From NCBI RefSeq assembly GCF_009914755.1, contig NC_060938.1: 64,000 nucleotides of DNA, one strand, 5' to 3'. Numbering within the stretch: the stretch's first letter is position 1; each line of letters begins with the position of its first letter. Made by a program: the position numbers and the translations under genes. Below are positions 38,450 through 50,777 of this stretch, piece after piece. Under the pieces are notes generated by a model, which saw nothing but the letters and a program-made list of their open reading frames with translations, was not told where the DNA came from and made no database searches. Source of the stretch: the human T2T-CHM13v2.0 reference genome, Homo sapiens.

Positions 38450-38544
38450 CCCCAAAGACCCATTGATCAAGAATATAAAGATCAACCACTTGTTTTGTTA
38501 GGTAATTAACTTACTGTTCCTCATGGCTCCTTCTCAGCCTTAGA
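38448..38544 (+). repeat. 97-bp dispersed duplicate of 39590-39686
   Basis: 93/97 identity, direct orientation, offset 1142 bp. Confidence 0.97.
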
Positions 38545-38876
38545 TATATATATATATCTTATATATATCATATATACATCTTATATATATATCATACATA
38601 TATATAGAGAGAGAGAGAGAGAGAGCAATAACCCTATCTGTCTGTCTATCTATCTAGGGTTAGGATAAGTTAGCAACAGATAGGGTAATGTTGCAATAAT
38701 CAATTTCAACACGTTTACCTATCAATAATTATGACTCATCAAACATTATAAGAATATCTATTTTTGGTATATTGATTATTAGCATTTTTAATCTATGAAA
38801 AACATGCCAAATGCCTTATTAAATATAGAAAGGCTATAGAAACTTCCCCTGATTGAATTTTGGGATGTTGATATAA

Positions 38877-39204
<328 letters not shown>

Positions 39205-40793
39205 TTGGGGACATTTTTTAAAATGATTTGCATAAATCCACTGCTACCAAAACATAGATCTGTAGGATTAAACTTAACTATATATGTAAAAGGGTTTTGC
39301 AAACATTTGAGCCTATGTATAATGACATTATTTTTCCTTTCTTACCCAGTTTTTGTGTAATATGTAACCAAATTACCTTTCTATCCTTACCTGCTTTTCT
39401 AACAGAGGCAAGATTTTTTTCTCTTTCCTTCGTAAACTAATGAGAATGTGGAAAGCAATCTCATCTCATCAGAAGCCACCATATTTCAGAAATGAAGTGA
39501 TTGATGGGTGGTAATTACATCACAAAAAGTTTATACATCATTTGGGCATCATTTTGGAAAAAAGGTATAGTATGTTACTGCTGTTATTAAACCCCGAAGA
39601 CCCGTTGATCGAGAATATAAAGATCAACCACTTGTTTTGTTAGGTAATTAACTTACTGTTCCTCATGGCTCCCTCTCAGCCTTAGAATGATCCCATTTCT
39701 CACTGGCAAAAAGAGTCCCCAACAAGATATTGAAAAAGGCTACTGAAAGGTGATGTCAATTAACAGCTAAAAGTAATTGTCATTTTGTAATCACATTAAT
39801 ATCTAATTTGCTGCCACTAGATTGTTAAAGTGCCAATTACACACCTCTGCCTTAATGTATTCATAAAAAAGCAATCATGCATTTATTGCCTTTATAATTC
39901 CTGAGATAATTATACAACAGGCTGAAGGTATATTTCTTCTGTGATTCAGCAGACTTAGCAACCACATTGACAGCTCGAATGGTTAGGAAATTAACATACC
40001 AGAACTGACTCATTAGAGCTAAAACCAAATATTCTCAGATACTTTATATAAAGTCCCACAGGGCCATTCCACGAATGAAATTGTGAGAAAGTGAGAGTTT
40101 GCCTCTGTGAGAAAGTTTATTCCTTCTTTCTCCTTTCTTTTCCAGGTACGAGTCAAATAGAAAAAAAATCTTATTTAGGAACAAGAAAATGATTTGCAGG
40201 TTGATTTACAGGTCACATGTTCTTGAGTGGGCATGTGGTCCCAGAAAGGCTGCATTTCTAGGCTACCAAAGAATCTGTTTTATCTTAAGTAAGTTGCATC
40301 CCTGCTTGAGGAAAGGTTGAAGAAGCATGAAGAAGGAAGCTAGAAGGGCTGAAGTTGCAATCTGGACATAATGTTTTTAGGGTATATTTTCATTGTGGTG
40401 CTTGAAACTATACCTAAAAACATTAAGAAAAGATTATAAGTCTTTTCTTTACTATCCACTCAACAGATAAATAGAAATGATTTAAGGAATCTCTTGGATT
40501 TTTTGTCCTCTGTACTTTATATATAAATAAATGAGTTTCAACTTGGGGAAGTTTCCTTTCTTATCACTAAGTTACGGCACTGCATGTCTTTTTGTCTTCT
40601 CTTCTCCATGTTTGTCCCCATTAAGACTGAAGTGGTAGTGTTAAGTGATCCTCGGAACCTCACATATAGCAGGAGAAAGATACTCCAGTATATTGCAGTA
40701 TTCACTCTCTTCTCTCATGTAGGATTCTGCACAAGTTGCTTCTCAGCTATCACAGTTCCACTCATATTTCTTGATTCTTCACATTGTTTTAAT

Positions 40794-41392
40794 TGGAGGT
40801 TGGCAAACTACAGCCCACAGGCCAATCCGACCCACCTCCCATTTTTATAAATAGTTTTATTAGAACACAGCTGTATTAGTCTGATCTCACAATGCTATGA
40901 AGAAATACCCAAGACTGGATAATTTATAAAGGAAAGAGGTTTAATTGACTCACAGTTCCACATTGCTAGGGAAGCCTCAGGAAATTTACAATCATAGTGG
41001 AAGGCAAAGGAGAAGCAGGCATTCTTCACAGGGTGGCAGGACAACATGAGTGCAAGCAGGGGAAATACCAGATGCTTATATAACTATCAGATCTTCTGAG
41101 AACTCACTATCAAGAGAACAGCATGAGGGAAACTGCCCCCATGATCCAATTACCTCCACCTGGTCCCGCCCTTGACATAAGGGGGTTATGGGGATTACAG
41201 TTTGAGGTGAGATATGGGTGGGGAAACAGAGCCAAACCATATCAACGGCCATGCCCATTTGTTTGCATATTATCTATGCCTTCCTTCATCCTACAACAGC
41301 AGAGTTGAGTGAGTTGCAAAAAAGACAATATGGCCTACAAGGCTAAAATATTTACTGTCTGGCCCCTTTCAGAAAAAGTTTGTTAGTTCCTG
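40794..41392 (+). mobile_element. MER58A hAT-Charlie MITE, split by a THE1 LTR
   Basis: GGTTGGCAAACTACAGCCCACAGGCC...TTTTATTAGAACACAGC | CATGCCCATTTGTTT...TGGCCCCTTTCAGAAAAAGTTTG. Confidence 0.88.
40872..41244 (-). mobile_element. Solo THE1D-like MaLR LTR
   Basis: TGTATTAGTC...CCAAACCATATCA; TSD ACAGC/ACGGC. Confidence 0.9.
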
Positions 41393-41684
41393 CTCTAGAG
41401 TGGTTTTCTTCATCTGAATTGTTGCAAAGTGTTCTTCTCTAAAATAACAACCTTTATTTTTACCTTGCTTAATGTTTGCCTTTTCTTCTCTTTAGATTGT
41501 TATTTCTAAATTATAGCCTCTTCTTTAACTTATGAAATTTAACTCACTGCAACATTTCATCCACACGCTCCCCTATGACTTTGAGAAAAGTCCCCCCAAG
41601 GAAAGTTTATCACAAAGCACTTGAAAATATTTTCTTTTGGTCTATAGCCTGATAAGGAATCACCCTCTGAGTGGATCTAAAAAG

Positions 41685-41815
41685 TTCATTCATGCCATCA
41701 TGCAATAGACATTTAATAAAGGTCCATACTATGTGTCAACCCTTTTCTAGGTACTAAGATGCAGAAATTAATTTAAAAAGATGCAATCCTTCCCCACCCA
41801 GAAATTCAGTCTGGC
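41685..41815 (-). mobile_element. L2 3' fragment
   Basis: TTCATTCAT...CATACTATGTGTCAAC...TTCTAGGTACTAAGAT. Confidence 0.6.
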
Positions 41816-41844
41816 ATGAAAGACCTCATATGCTTCAGGCTAGT

Positions 41845-42130
41845 ATTATTATTGCAATTGTTTAACAAACATTTTTATTGTTACATAACAAAAAATGTTT
41901 TAAGAGCTTCAAGTGCATTAACTTATTTAATCCTCATAAGAACACTATGAGGCTCTTTTTAATCCCCCTTTAGATAAAGGAGCTGAGGTGGGGATAAGGG
42001 AATATCAAAGTAAGGCAGGACTATAGCAGAGGTTTAGTAATTTGTCCAAAGGCAAACATTTATAAAGCAGCAGAGCTGGGATTTAAACCCAAGCAATCCA
42101 GCTCTGAAGTCCAAACTTTTAACTACTTTT
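41845..42130 (-). mobile_element. MIR SINE
   Basis: TTATTTAATCCTCATAAGAAC...GCAGAGCTGGGATTTAAACCCAAGCAATC. Confidence 0.75.
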
Positions 42131-42381
42131 TCAGTACTAGCTTTTATTTTCATTTCCCATAACCTGAGAGTAAACACTGCTCCCACATAGGTCATCCCTG
42201 AATTCCCATCACACGACATGTGGAGTATCTGAGTTATGCTGTGTAGATTCACCCTCACTTCCCAACAGCAGCCTGCTTTGCTTTGCAGGAAGATAGTGTA
42301 AGGTCTGGTGATCTGGGGATATTCTGATTTCCCAGATAATGACTCTTTTATCAGACTAAGAGCTCTTAAAAAAAAAAAAAA

Positions 42382-42685
<304 letters not shown>

Positions 42686-44455
42686 TTAACTCCCCTGTAG
42701 GGAGGGGCTGAAGAGTATTATATTTTATAAAAACTGACAGCAGCTACTTCTGACTGAAACTGAAAGGACAGAAAAAGATATTTCATGCAACTGGTAACCA
42801 AAAGAGAGCAAGGATAGCCGTCTAGACTTATATCAGACAAAACAGACTTTAAGTTAAAAAGAGGCAAATGCCATTATACAATGATAAAAGGGTCAATTCA
42901 TCTGGAATATACAGCAATTATAATTATATATGCACCAAACATCAGAACACCCAAATATATAAAGCAAACATTGACAAAACTGAAGGGAGAAATAAAATAG
43001 TGACATAATAATTGTAAAGGATTCAATACTTATTTTCAAAAATGAAAAGAACATTCAGATAGAAGATCAGTAAGAAAACAGAGGATTTGAATACTACTGT
43101 TGGCCAAATAGACCTAATAGACTACACAAACTCTCCACCCAACAGCAACAGAATATACATTCTTCTCAAGCATACATCTAACACTCCCTAGTGTTCCATG
43201 TATGGAACTTATAGATCATAAGTTAGATCACAAAACAAGTCAACAAATTTAATAAGATTGAAATCATAACAAGTATATATTCTAAACACAATGGAATGGA
43301 ACTAAAATTTAATGGCTGAAGGAAATATGAAAAAATCACAAATACATAGAAATTAAACAACATATACTTGAATAACCAACTGGTCAAAGAAGAAATCAAA
43401 TGGGAAATTGGAAAATACCTTGAGGTAAATGAAAATAAAAATACCACATACCAAAACTTATGGGATGCAGCAAAAGCAGCATTAAAAGGAAATTTTATAG
43501 TTATAAACACCTACATTAGAAAAGAAAAATGATCTCAAATAAGCAATCTAATTTTGCACCTCAAGTAACAAGATAAAGAAAAAACTAAGCCTAAAGGTAA
43601 GTGACGAAAGGAAATAATAAGATTAGAGCAAAGTAAAAGAAATAGAGAATAGAAAATCAATTTTTAAAAAATCTATAAAACTAAGAGTTGGCATTTTGAA
43701 AAAACCTGCAAAACTGAAAAACCATTAACTGGATTAACTATAAAAAAAGAGAGAAGACTTACGCAAATAAAATCGGAAAAGAAGGAAGAGACATTACAAT
43801 TTATGCCACAGAAATAAAAAAGAGTATAAACTTCTATTAACAATTATATGCCAATAAATGGACAATCTATAAATATTAAATAACTGCCTAGAAATATAAA
43901 CCTTGTACTTCCTGATTTCAGAACATATTACAAAAGCTACAGTAATCAAAACAGTATGGTACTGGCATACAGGCAGACATTTAAATCAATGGAACAGAAT
44001 AGAGAGGCCAGAAAGAAACCCACACATATACAGTCAAATGATCTTTGATGGGGTGCCAAGACTACACAATGAGGTAAAAATAGTCTCTTCAATAAATTGT
44101 GTTTGGAAAACTAAATTACTACATGCAAAATAATAAAATTTGACCCTTATCTTACACCATACACAAAAATCAACTCGAATGAAAGTCCTAAACATAAGAT
44201 CTGAAACTATAAAACTCCTAGAAGAAAAGGTAGAGGGAAAAGCTCCTTAACATTGGTCTTGGCAATTATTTCTTGGATATGACACCAAAAGCACAGACAA
44301 CCAACGCAAAAATAGACAAAACGGATTATATCAAACTAAAAAGCTTTTGCAATAGCAAAGGAAACAAATAACAGTAAAGAGGCAATGCACGGAATGGGAA
44401 AAAAATATTTGGAAACCATATATCTGATAATGGGCTCAAATTTCAAATATAGCTA

Positions 44456-47400
44456 GAGGCAGAGCAAGATGGTGGAGAATGACTCTCCTGCAAGCATTCC
44501 CTGACAGAAATATTAATTTGAACGATTATCCATGCATAAAAATATCTTCAAAAGAGCTAACAATAAAAGATGCACTGAAGAGGGTAAAAAGATCAGTTTT
44601 ACATTACACGCATCACCCCTCCCCAACAGCACAGCATGGAAAGAATATCATTCACTTGGAGAAAAGTGAAAGAAGTAAACACAAAACATTGCCTTGGACC
44701 TCAACACTTAGGCCAATTTCAGTGATGCCAGGCTCCACAGAGTCCTCAGCATCAGGCAGCCCTCAGAGGTCTCAAACTTCTGGTACGCCTCAATGTTATG
44801 CCAGCCACACCTGCCCTGGACTTCTGGTGCACCCCAGAACCACACTTGCCACAGGGAATTCCCAAACAAAGCCAGTCTCTAAACACTGGAATAAGTACCT
44901 ACTTCATCAACTACACACACATTAATGCACAACCACAATGATCAAGAACAATCAGGGAAACATGACATCACCAAACGGACAAAATAAGGTACCAGTGAAT
45001 GACCCTAAAGAAATGCAGATGTGTGAACTGCCTGACAAAGAAACCAAAATAACTGTTTTAAGGAAGCTCAGGGAGCTTCAAGAATATATGAAGAAACAAC
45101 TTAATGAAATGAGAAAAATATTAAATGACCAGAATCAGAAATTTAATAGAGAGATTGAAATAACAACAACAACAAAAAACTAACAGAAATTCCAGAGCTG
45201 AAAAAAAAAATACAATGAACCAAATGAAAATGCAATAGAGATTATCAACAGCAAATAATCGAGCAGAAGAAAGAACCTATGAACTTCAAAACAGGATATT
45301 TGAAAATATACAGTCAGACAAGAAAAAATAATAAAAAGAAATGAGGAAATGAGGAAAGCTTCCTAAGACTTAGGGGACAGTGTCAAAAGAGCAAATAGTC
45401 AAGTCATAGGAGTTAAAAAAGTAGAAGAAAAAGATAAGGGATAGAAAATTTATTTAAAGAAATAGTAGCAGAAAGCTTTTCAAACCTAAAGAAGTATGTA
45501 AATATCTAGTTATGCAAATATTAAAGGTTTCCATTAGATTCAATTCTAATAACTATCACAAGACATATTATAATCAAACTGCCAAAAAACAAAGACAAAG
45601 AGAGGACCCTGAAAGCAGCAAGAGAAAAGAAACAAATAACATGTAAAGGAGGTCCAATATAGCTAGCAGCCCACTGCTCAGCAGAAATCTTACAGGCCAG
45701 GAGAAAGTAGGACGATACATTCAAAGTGCTGAATGGGGAAAATAAAAAAACCCCTAACCAAGAATACTCTACCCAACAACTCTGCCCTTCAAAATGAAGT
45801 AGAGATAAACACTTTCCCAGACAAACAAAAGCTAAAGGAGTTCATCACCACCATATCTGTCTTACAAGAAATGCTAAAGAGAGTTCTTCAAGCTAAAGAA
45901 AAGGACACAAATAAGTAACACAAAAACATATGAAAGTATAAAACTCATGGTAAAATATGCAGTCAAATTAAGAAAAACCCATACTGTAATGGTGGTATGT
46001 AAATCATTTATATCTTTGTTATGAAGGTGAAAAGACAAAACTATTAATAATAAATACAATAACTTGTTAAGGATATGCAATATATAAAAAGATGTAAATT
46101 ATGACACCAAAAATTCATAGGTAATGGGAGCAGTGGAGTGAAAACATAGAGAGTTTTGTGTGTGTGTGATCAAAGTTAATTATCATCTTAAAATAACCTG
46201 TTATAACTTCAAGGTGCTTTCTTGTAAGCCTCATGTTAAGCAAAACATATATCAGATGCCCAAAAATTTAAAATCAATGAATAAAAGCATACCACTAGAG
46301 AAAATCACTTAGCCACAAAGAAAGACTGTGTGAGAAAAAGAAACAAAGGATATACAAAACAACTATAAAACAATTTAACAAAATGGTAGTATTAAGTCCT
46401 TACCTATCAATATTACTTTGCATATAAATGAATTAAATTATCTAATCAAAAGAAAGAGTGGTTGAATGGATAAAAAAACAAGACCCAATTATATGCTGCC
46501 TACAAGAGCTTCACTTCACCTCTAAGGACACACATACTGAAATTGAAAAGAAGGAAAAAGATATTCCATGCAAACGGAAATCCAAAGAAAGCAGAAGTAG
46601 CTATACTTAGATCAGATAAAATAGTTTTTAAATAAAAAACTGTAAAAATAGACAAAGGTCATTACATAATGAAAAACTGGCTCAATGAAAGGACATAATA
46701 ACTGTATATGTATATGCACCCAAAATTGAAATACTTAAATATATAAAACAAATATTATTACATCTGAAGGGAGAGATAGAATGCAATACAATAATAGTAG
46801 GGGACTTTCAGCAGTGGACAGATCATCTAGACAGACAATCAGTAAGGAAACATTAGACTTAAACTAAATTTTAAATCAAATAGTCTTATCAGACATATAC
46901 TGAACATTCCATCCAACAGCTACAGAATATACAATCTTCTTAACTTCACATGGAACGTTCTCCAGGATAGATCATATGTTAGGCTACAAAACAATTCTTA
47001 ACAAATTTAAGAAGATTGAAATTGTATCATGTATCTTTTCTGATCGCAATGGTATAAAACTAGAAAGCAATAACAGGAAGAACTTTAGAAAATTCACAAA
47101 TACATGGAATTTAAACAACATACTCCTGAACAGCCAATGGGGGTCAATGAAGAAATTAAAAGGGAATTAAAAATTATTGAGATAACCAAAATGGAAACAA
47201 CATATCAAAACCTAAGGAAACAGCAAAAGCAATTCTAAGAAGGAAGCTTATAGCAATAAACGCCTACATCGAAAAAGAAGAAAGATTTCAAATTTAAAAA
47301 TCGAATATTACACCTGAAGGAACCAGAAAAGAAAGAATGAACTAAGCCCAAAGTCAGTAGAAGGAAGGAAATAATTTAGAATCAATCTAGGTGCCCTTCA

Positions 47401-47930
47401 ACAGATGAATAAATACAATGTAGTACATATACACAATGGAAGACTATTCAGCCATAGAAAATGAAAATCCTGTCACTTATGACTACATGGATAAACCTGG
47501 TGGACATTATGTTACATGAAATAAGCCAGGCACAGAAAGACAAATACTGCATGATCTTATTCATATGTGCAATCTAAAAAAGTTGATCCCGCAGAAGTAG
47601 AGAACAGAATGGTGGTTACCAGGGGTTGAGGTGGTTGGGAGCAGAAGATTTGTGGAGATGTAGGTCAAGGGATACAAAATTTCAGTTAGAAAAAAGGGGT
47701 AAGGTTAACAGATCTATTGTACAATATGGTAACAACATTAACAACATTGTATTCTTGAAAAATGCTAAGAGAATGAATGTAAAGTGAAAGTGTTCTCACT
47801 AAAAAATGATAATTATGTGAGATAACGTATATGTTAATTAGCTAGATTTTAGTCATTTCACAATGTATACATACTTCAAAACATCATGTTGTACATGGTA
47901 AATAAATATAATTTAATCTGTCAATTTAAA
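44456..47930 (+). mobile_element. L1MA5-7-like element nested in the L1MB: 5'UTR, ORF1, ORF2 EN and 3'UTR, with most of ORF2 deleted
   Basis: GAGCAAGATGG start; ORF1 MTSPNGQNK...; ORF2 ATG ~46383; jumps at ~47380 to the WNQPKCP region; L1MA-type 3'UTR. Confidence 0.8.
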
Positions 47931-47992
47931 TATATACACATATATATACACACACATATATATACACACATGCACACACACACAAACACGCA

Positions 47993-48352
47993 CAGATGGC
48001 TCCTGACTTACGACAGTTTGACTGATGATTTTTTGACTTTATGATGGTGCAGAAGTGATATGCATTCAGTAGAAACTGTATGTCAAGTACCCACCCATCC
48101 GTTTTTTTTTCACTCTCCGTACAATATTCAATAAATTATATGAGATATTCAACACTTCATTATAAAATAGGCTTTGTATTAGATGATTTTGCCTAACTGT
48201 AAGCTAACGTAAGTGTTCTGAATGTGTTTAAGGTAGGCTAGGCTATGGTATGATGTTCTGTAGGTTAAGTGCATTGAATGCATTTTTTACCTATGATATT
48301 TCCAACTTATGATGGATTTATTGGGACATAACTCCATTGTTAAGTCAAGCAG

Positions 48353-48358
<6 letters not shown>
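47993..48358. mobile_element. MER47A-like TcMar-Tigger MITE
   Basis: TIRs CAGATGGCTCCTGACTTACG / TAAGTCAAGCAGCATGTG; internal GCATTCAGTAGAAACTGTA and GTAGGCTAGGCT. Confidence 0.82.

Positions 48359-48387
<29 letters not shown>
48355..48387. repeat. (TG)16 microsatellite
   Basis: Perfect run. Confidence 0.95.
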
Positions 48388-48390
<3 letters not shown>

Positions 48391-48886
48391 AATTCAATAG
48401 CAAGTAAACGAATAACCCAATTTAAAAATGGGTGAAAGACTTAAATAGACATTTCTCCAAAGAAGACATATGAATGGCTAAAAGGTATATGAAAAGATGC
48501 TTAAAATCATTTAATCATCAGGGAAAGGCAAATCAAAACCACAGTGCAGTACGACCTCACACCTGGTAGGACAGCCATTATAAAAAAAAAAAAAACAGAA
48601 ATTAACAAGTGCTGATGAGGATGTGGAAAAATTAGAACCCTTATGCATTGCCAGTGGTAATGTAATAATTAATATTCCATATTAATATTATTCCATATTA
48701 TATACATGTAATATTCTATATTATAATAGAATATTATTCAGCCATAAGAAAGAATAAAATCCTGTCATATGCTACAACATTGATGAGCCTTCAGGACATT
48801 ATTGTAAGTGAAATAAGTTGGCGACAGGAGGATAAATATTGCATGATTCCACTTACGTGAAGTTTCTAAAATAGTCAAACTCATAG

Positions 48887-48928
48887 AATCAGAAAATAGA
48901 AATCAGAAAATAGAAATCAGAAAATAGA
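48887..48928. repeat. 14-bp tandem triplication AATCAGAAAATAGA
   Basis: Three perfect copies in the L1 3'UTR. Confidence 0.92.
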
Positions 48929-49139
48929 ATGGTGGTTGCCAGGGGCTGGACGGAGGCAGAAATGGGGTGTTGCTTCTTAATGGGTATGAAGTTTCAGTCA
49001 TGCAAGATGAAAAAGTTCTAGAGATCTGCTGTACAACGTTGTGTTTATAATTAACAATACGGTACTATAAACTTTAAAATTGCTGAAGAGGGTAGATACC
49101 ACGCAATGTGTTTCTTAACACAAAAAACAAAAATTACAG

Positions 49140-49870
49140 TAATATACAAATGATGTCTATTCACACCTAGTAGGATAGCTATCATCAAAATAATGGACAA
49201 TAACAAGAGAGGAGGATGTAGAGAAAATGGAACTCTCATCCGTTGCTGATGGGAATGTAAAATGATAAGGCCACTTTAAAAAATAGTTTGGCAGTTCCTC
49301 AGAGAGTTAAATGCAGAGTTAAAATACAATCCAGCAATTCCACTCCTAGATATATATCCAAAAGAATTGAGAACATATATCAACACAAAAACTTGTACAT
49401 GAATGTTTGTAGCAACATTTTTGACAATAGCCAAAAAGTAGAAATACCTCAAGTGTCCATCAGCTAATGAATGGATAAACAAATGTGGTATATCCATAAA
49501 ATGAAATACTATTCATCAATGAAAAGGAATGGCCTACTGATTGATGCTACAACAGGATGAACCTTGAAAACATCATGCTAAGTGAAATAAACCAGACACA
49601 AAAGGCCACATATTGTATAATTCCATTTATATAAAATGTCCAGAACAGGCAAGCCTGTAGAGACAGAAAGTAGAATGGTAGTAGTAAGAGGTCAGGGAAG
49701 AGAGGAATGAGGAGTGACCATTAATAGGTATGGAGTTCCTTTTGTGGGGGTGATAAAAATGTTCTGGAACTAAATCATGATGATGGTTGCACAACTGTGT
49801 GACTATAGTAGAAACCACTTAATTGTAACTTAAAAGTGGAAATTTTATATGTGAATTATACCTTAATTTA
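49140..49870 (+). mobile_element. Second L1MB (MB7/8-like) 3' end
   Basis: CCAGCAATTCCACTCCTAG; AAAGGCCACATATTGTATAATTCCATTTATAT; TGGTTGCACAACTGTG. Confidence 0.8.
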
Positions 49871-49972
49871 AATATACATATATATACATATATGTGTGTA
49901 TGCAAACTATATACATACATAGACACACACACTCATATGTTGTGTGTGTGTATATATGTATGTGTGTGTATA

Positions 49973-50130
49973 TTGAGATGAGGCCTCACTATGTTGCCCA
50001 GGCTGGGGTACAGTGGCTATTCTCAGGAAAGATCATAGCACTCTACGCCTCAGACTCCTGAGCTCAAGTGATCCTCCTGCCTCAGCCTTTTGAGTAGCTG
50101 AGACTACAGGTGCAAGCTACCATGTCTGGC
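49973..50130 (-). mobile_element. FAM (fossil Alu monomer, 7SL-derived)
   Basis: Single monomer with the 7SL-like CAGTGGCTATTCTCAGG segment; tail decayed to (TA/TG)n at 49870-49972. Confidence 0.8.
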
Positions 50131-50705
50131 TAATAATAATATTTCTTAAAGCCCATTTTCACCCAATATAACTAGAGGAAGGTGACCCTTCCTGGAAAGG
50201 GAGTGAGACAGTTGGCAGGGGATAAGTTTACCTCACTCCTAGACAGAAACCCTAAAAAAAAAGAGTATGTTTCTAAGGCATTGATATCTGAAGTACTGCA
50301 CCAATAAGCAATGTCATACAAGCAAGAAAGTAGTTTCATTCAGTTCTGATTGGAAAGAAAGGGAAAAGAATTTCCAAAAATATGTTATAGGCAGATTTTT
50401 TTCTTTCTTTTTTTTTTGTTTGCTTTTCAGAGTGGCTGGAGTTCAAAGGAGGTGTGTGTAGGATTCTCTGGCTGCAGAAGAGCCTTTAATCTCATAAGAC
50501 TAGGAATGTGCTCAGAAAGAGCAGGCTGAGAGTGTACCTGGGACCTGAGAGCCTTCCCTGGCTAGGAGTCATCCCAGGAAAGTGGGCAGAGGGGCACAGC
50601 TCTGGGCAGGTCATGAGGTCAGGGAGGAGGAATTACGTGGGCAGAAGCTGCTCCTCCTCACCCGCTCCCATTGCCTTTCAGGAGCTGACATGAGACTTGC
50701 AGTTG

Positions 50706-50777
50706 ATTCATGGATACTGCAGGCCACACAATTCGTGGATACTGCAGGCCACACAATTCGTGGATACTGCAGGCCAC
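50706..50777. repeat. 25-bp minisatellite, 2.9 copies
   Basis: ATTC(A/G)TGGATACTGCAGGCCACACA at 50706, 50731 and 50756. Confidence 0.95.

Larger units (their letters stand above)
42745..49130 (+). mobile_element. 5'-truncated L1MB-like element (ORF2 42745-44450, resuming 48390-49130) with internal deletions
   Basis: EN-domain relic; jump at ~43900 to [11 protein letters not shown]; resumes after the nested L1MA and MER47; L1MB1-3-like 3'UTR (GCAAGATGAAAAAGTTCTAGAGATC). Confidence 0.75.

Noticed and set aside
40118-40152. Recursive splice site (polypyrimidine-CAG|GTACGA)
   Set aside because: The regenerated donor is a weak match and the host transcript strand is unknown.
44479-44925. 148-aa ORF
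   Set aside because: Lies in an old L1 5'UTR; no recognisable domain or exon structure.
49973-50130. 7SL RNA gene
   Set aside because: Lacks the S domain and is heavily diverged; a FAM retrocopy.
50706-50777. 25-bp repeats as a mini-CRISPR
   Set aside because: Head-to-tail copies without spacers; an ordinary minisatellite.
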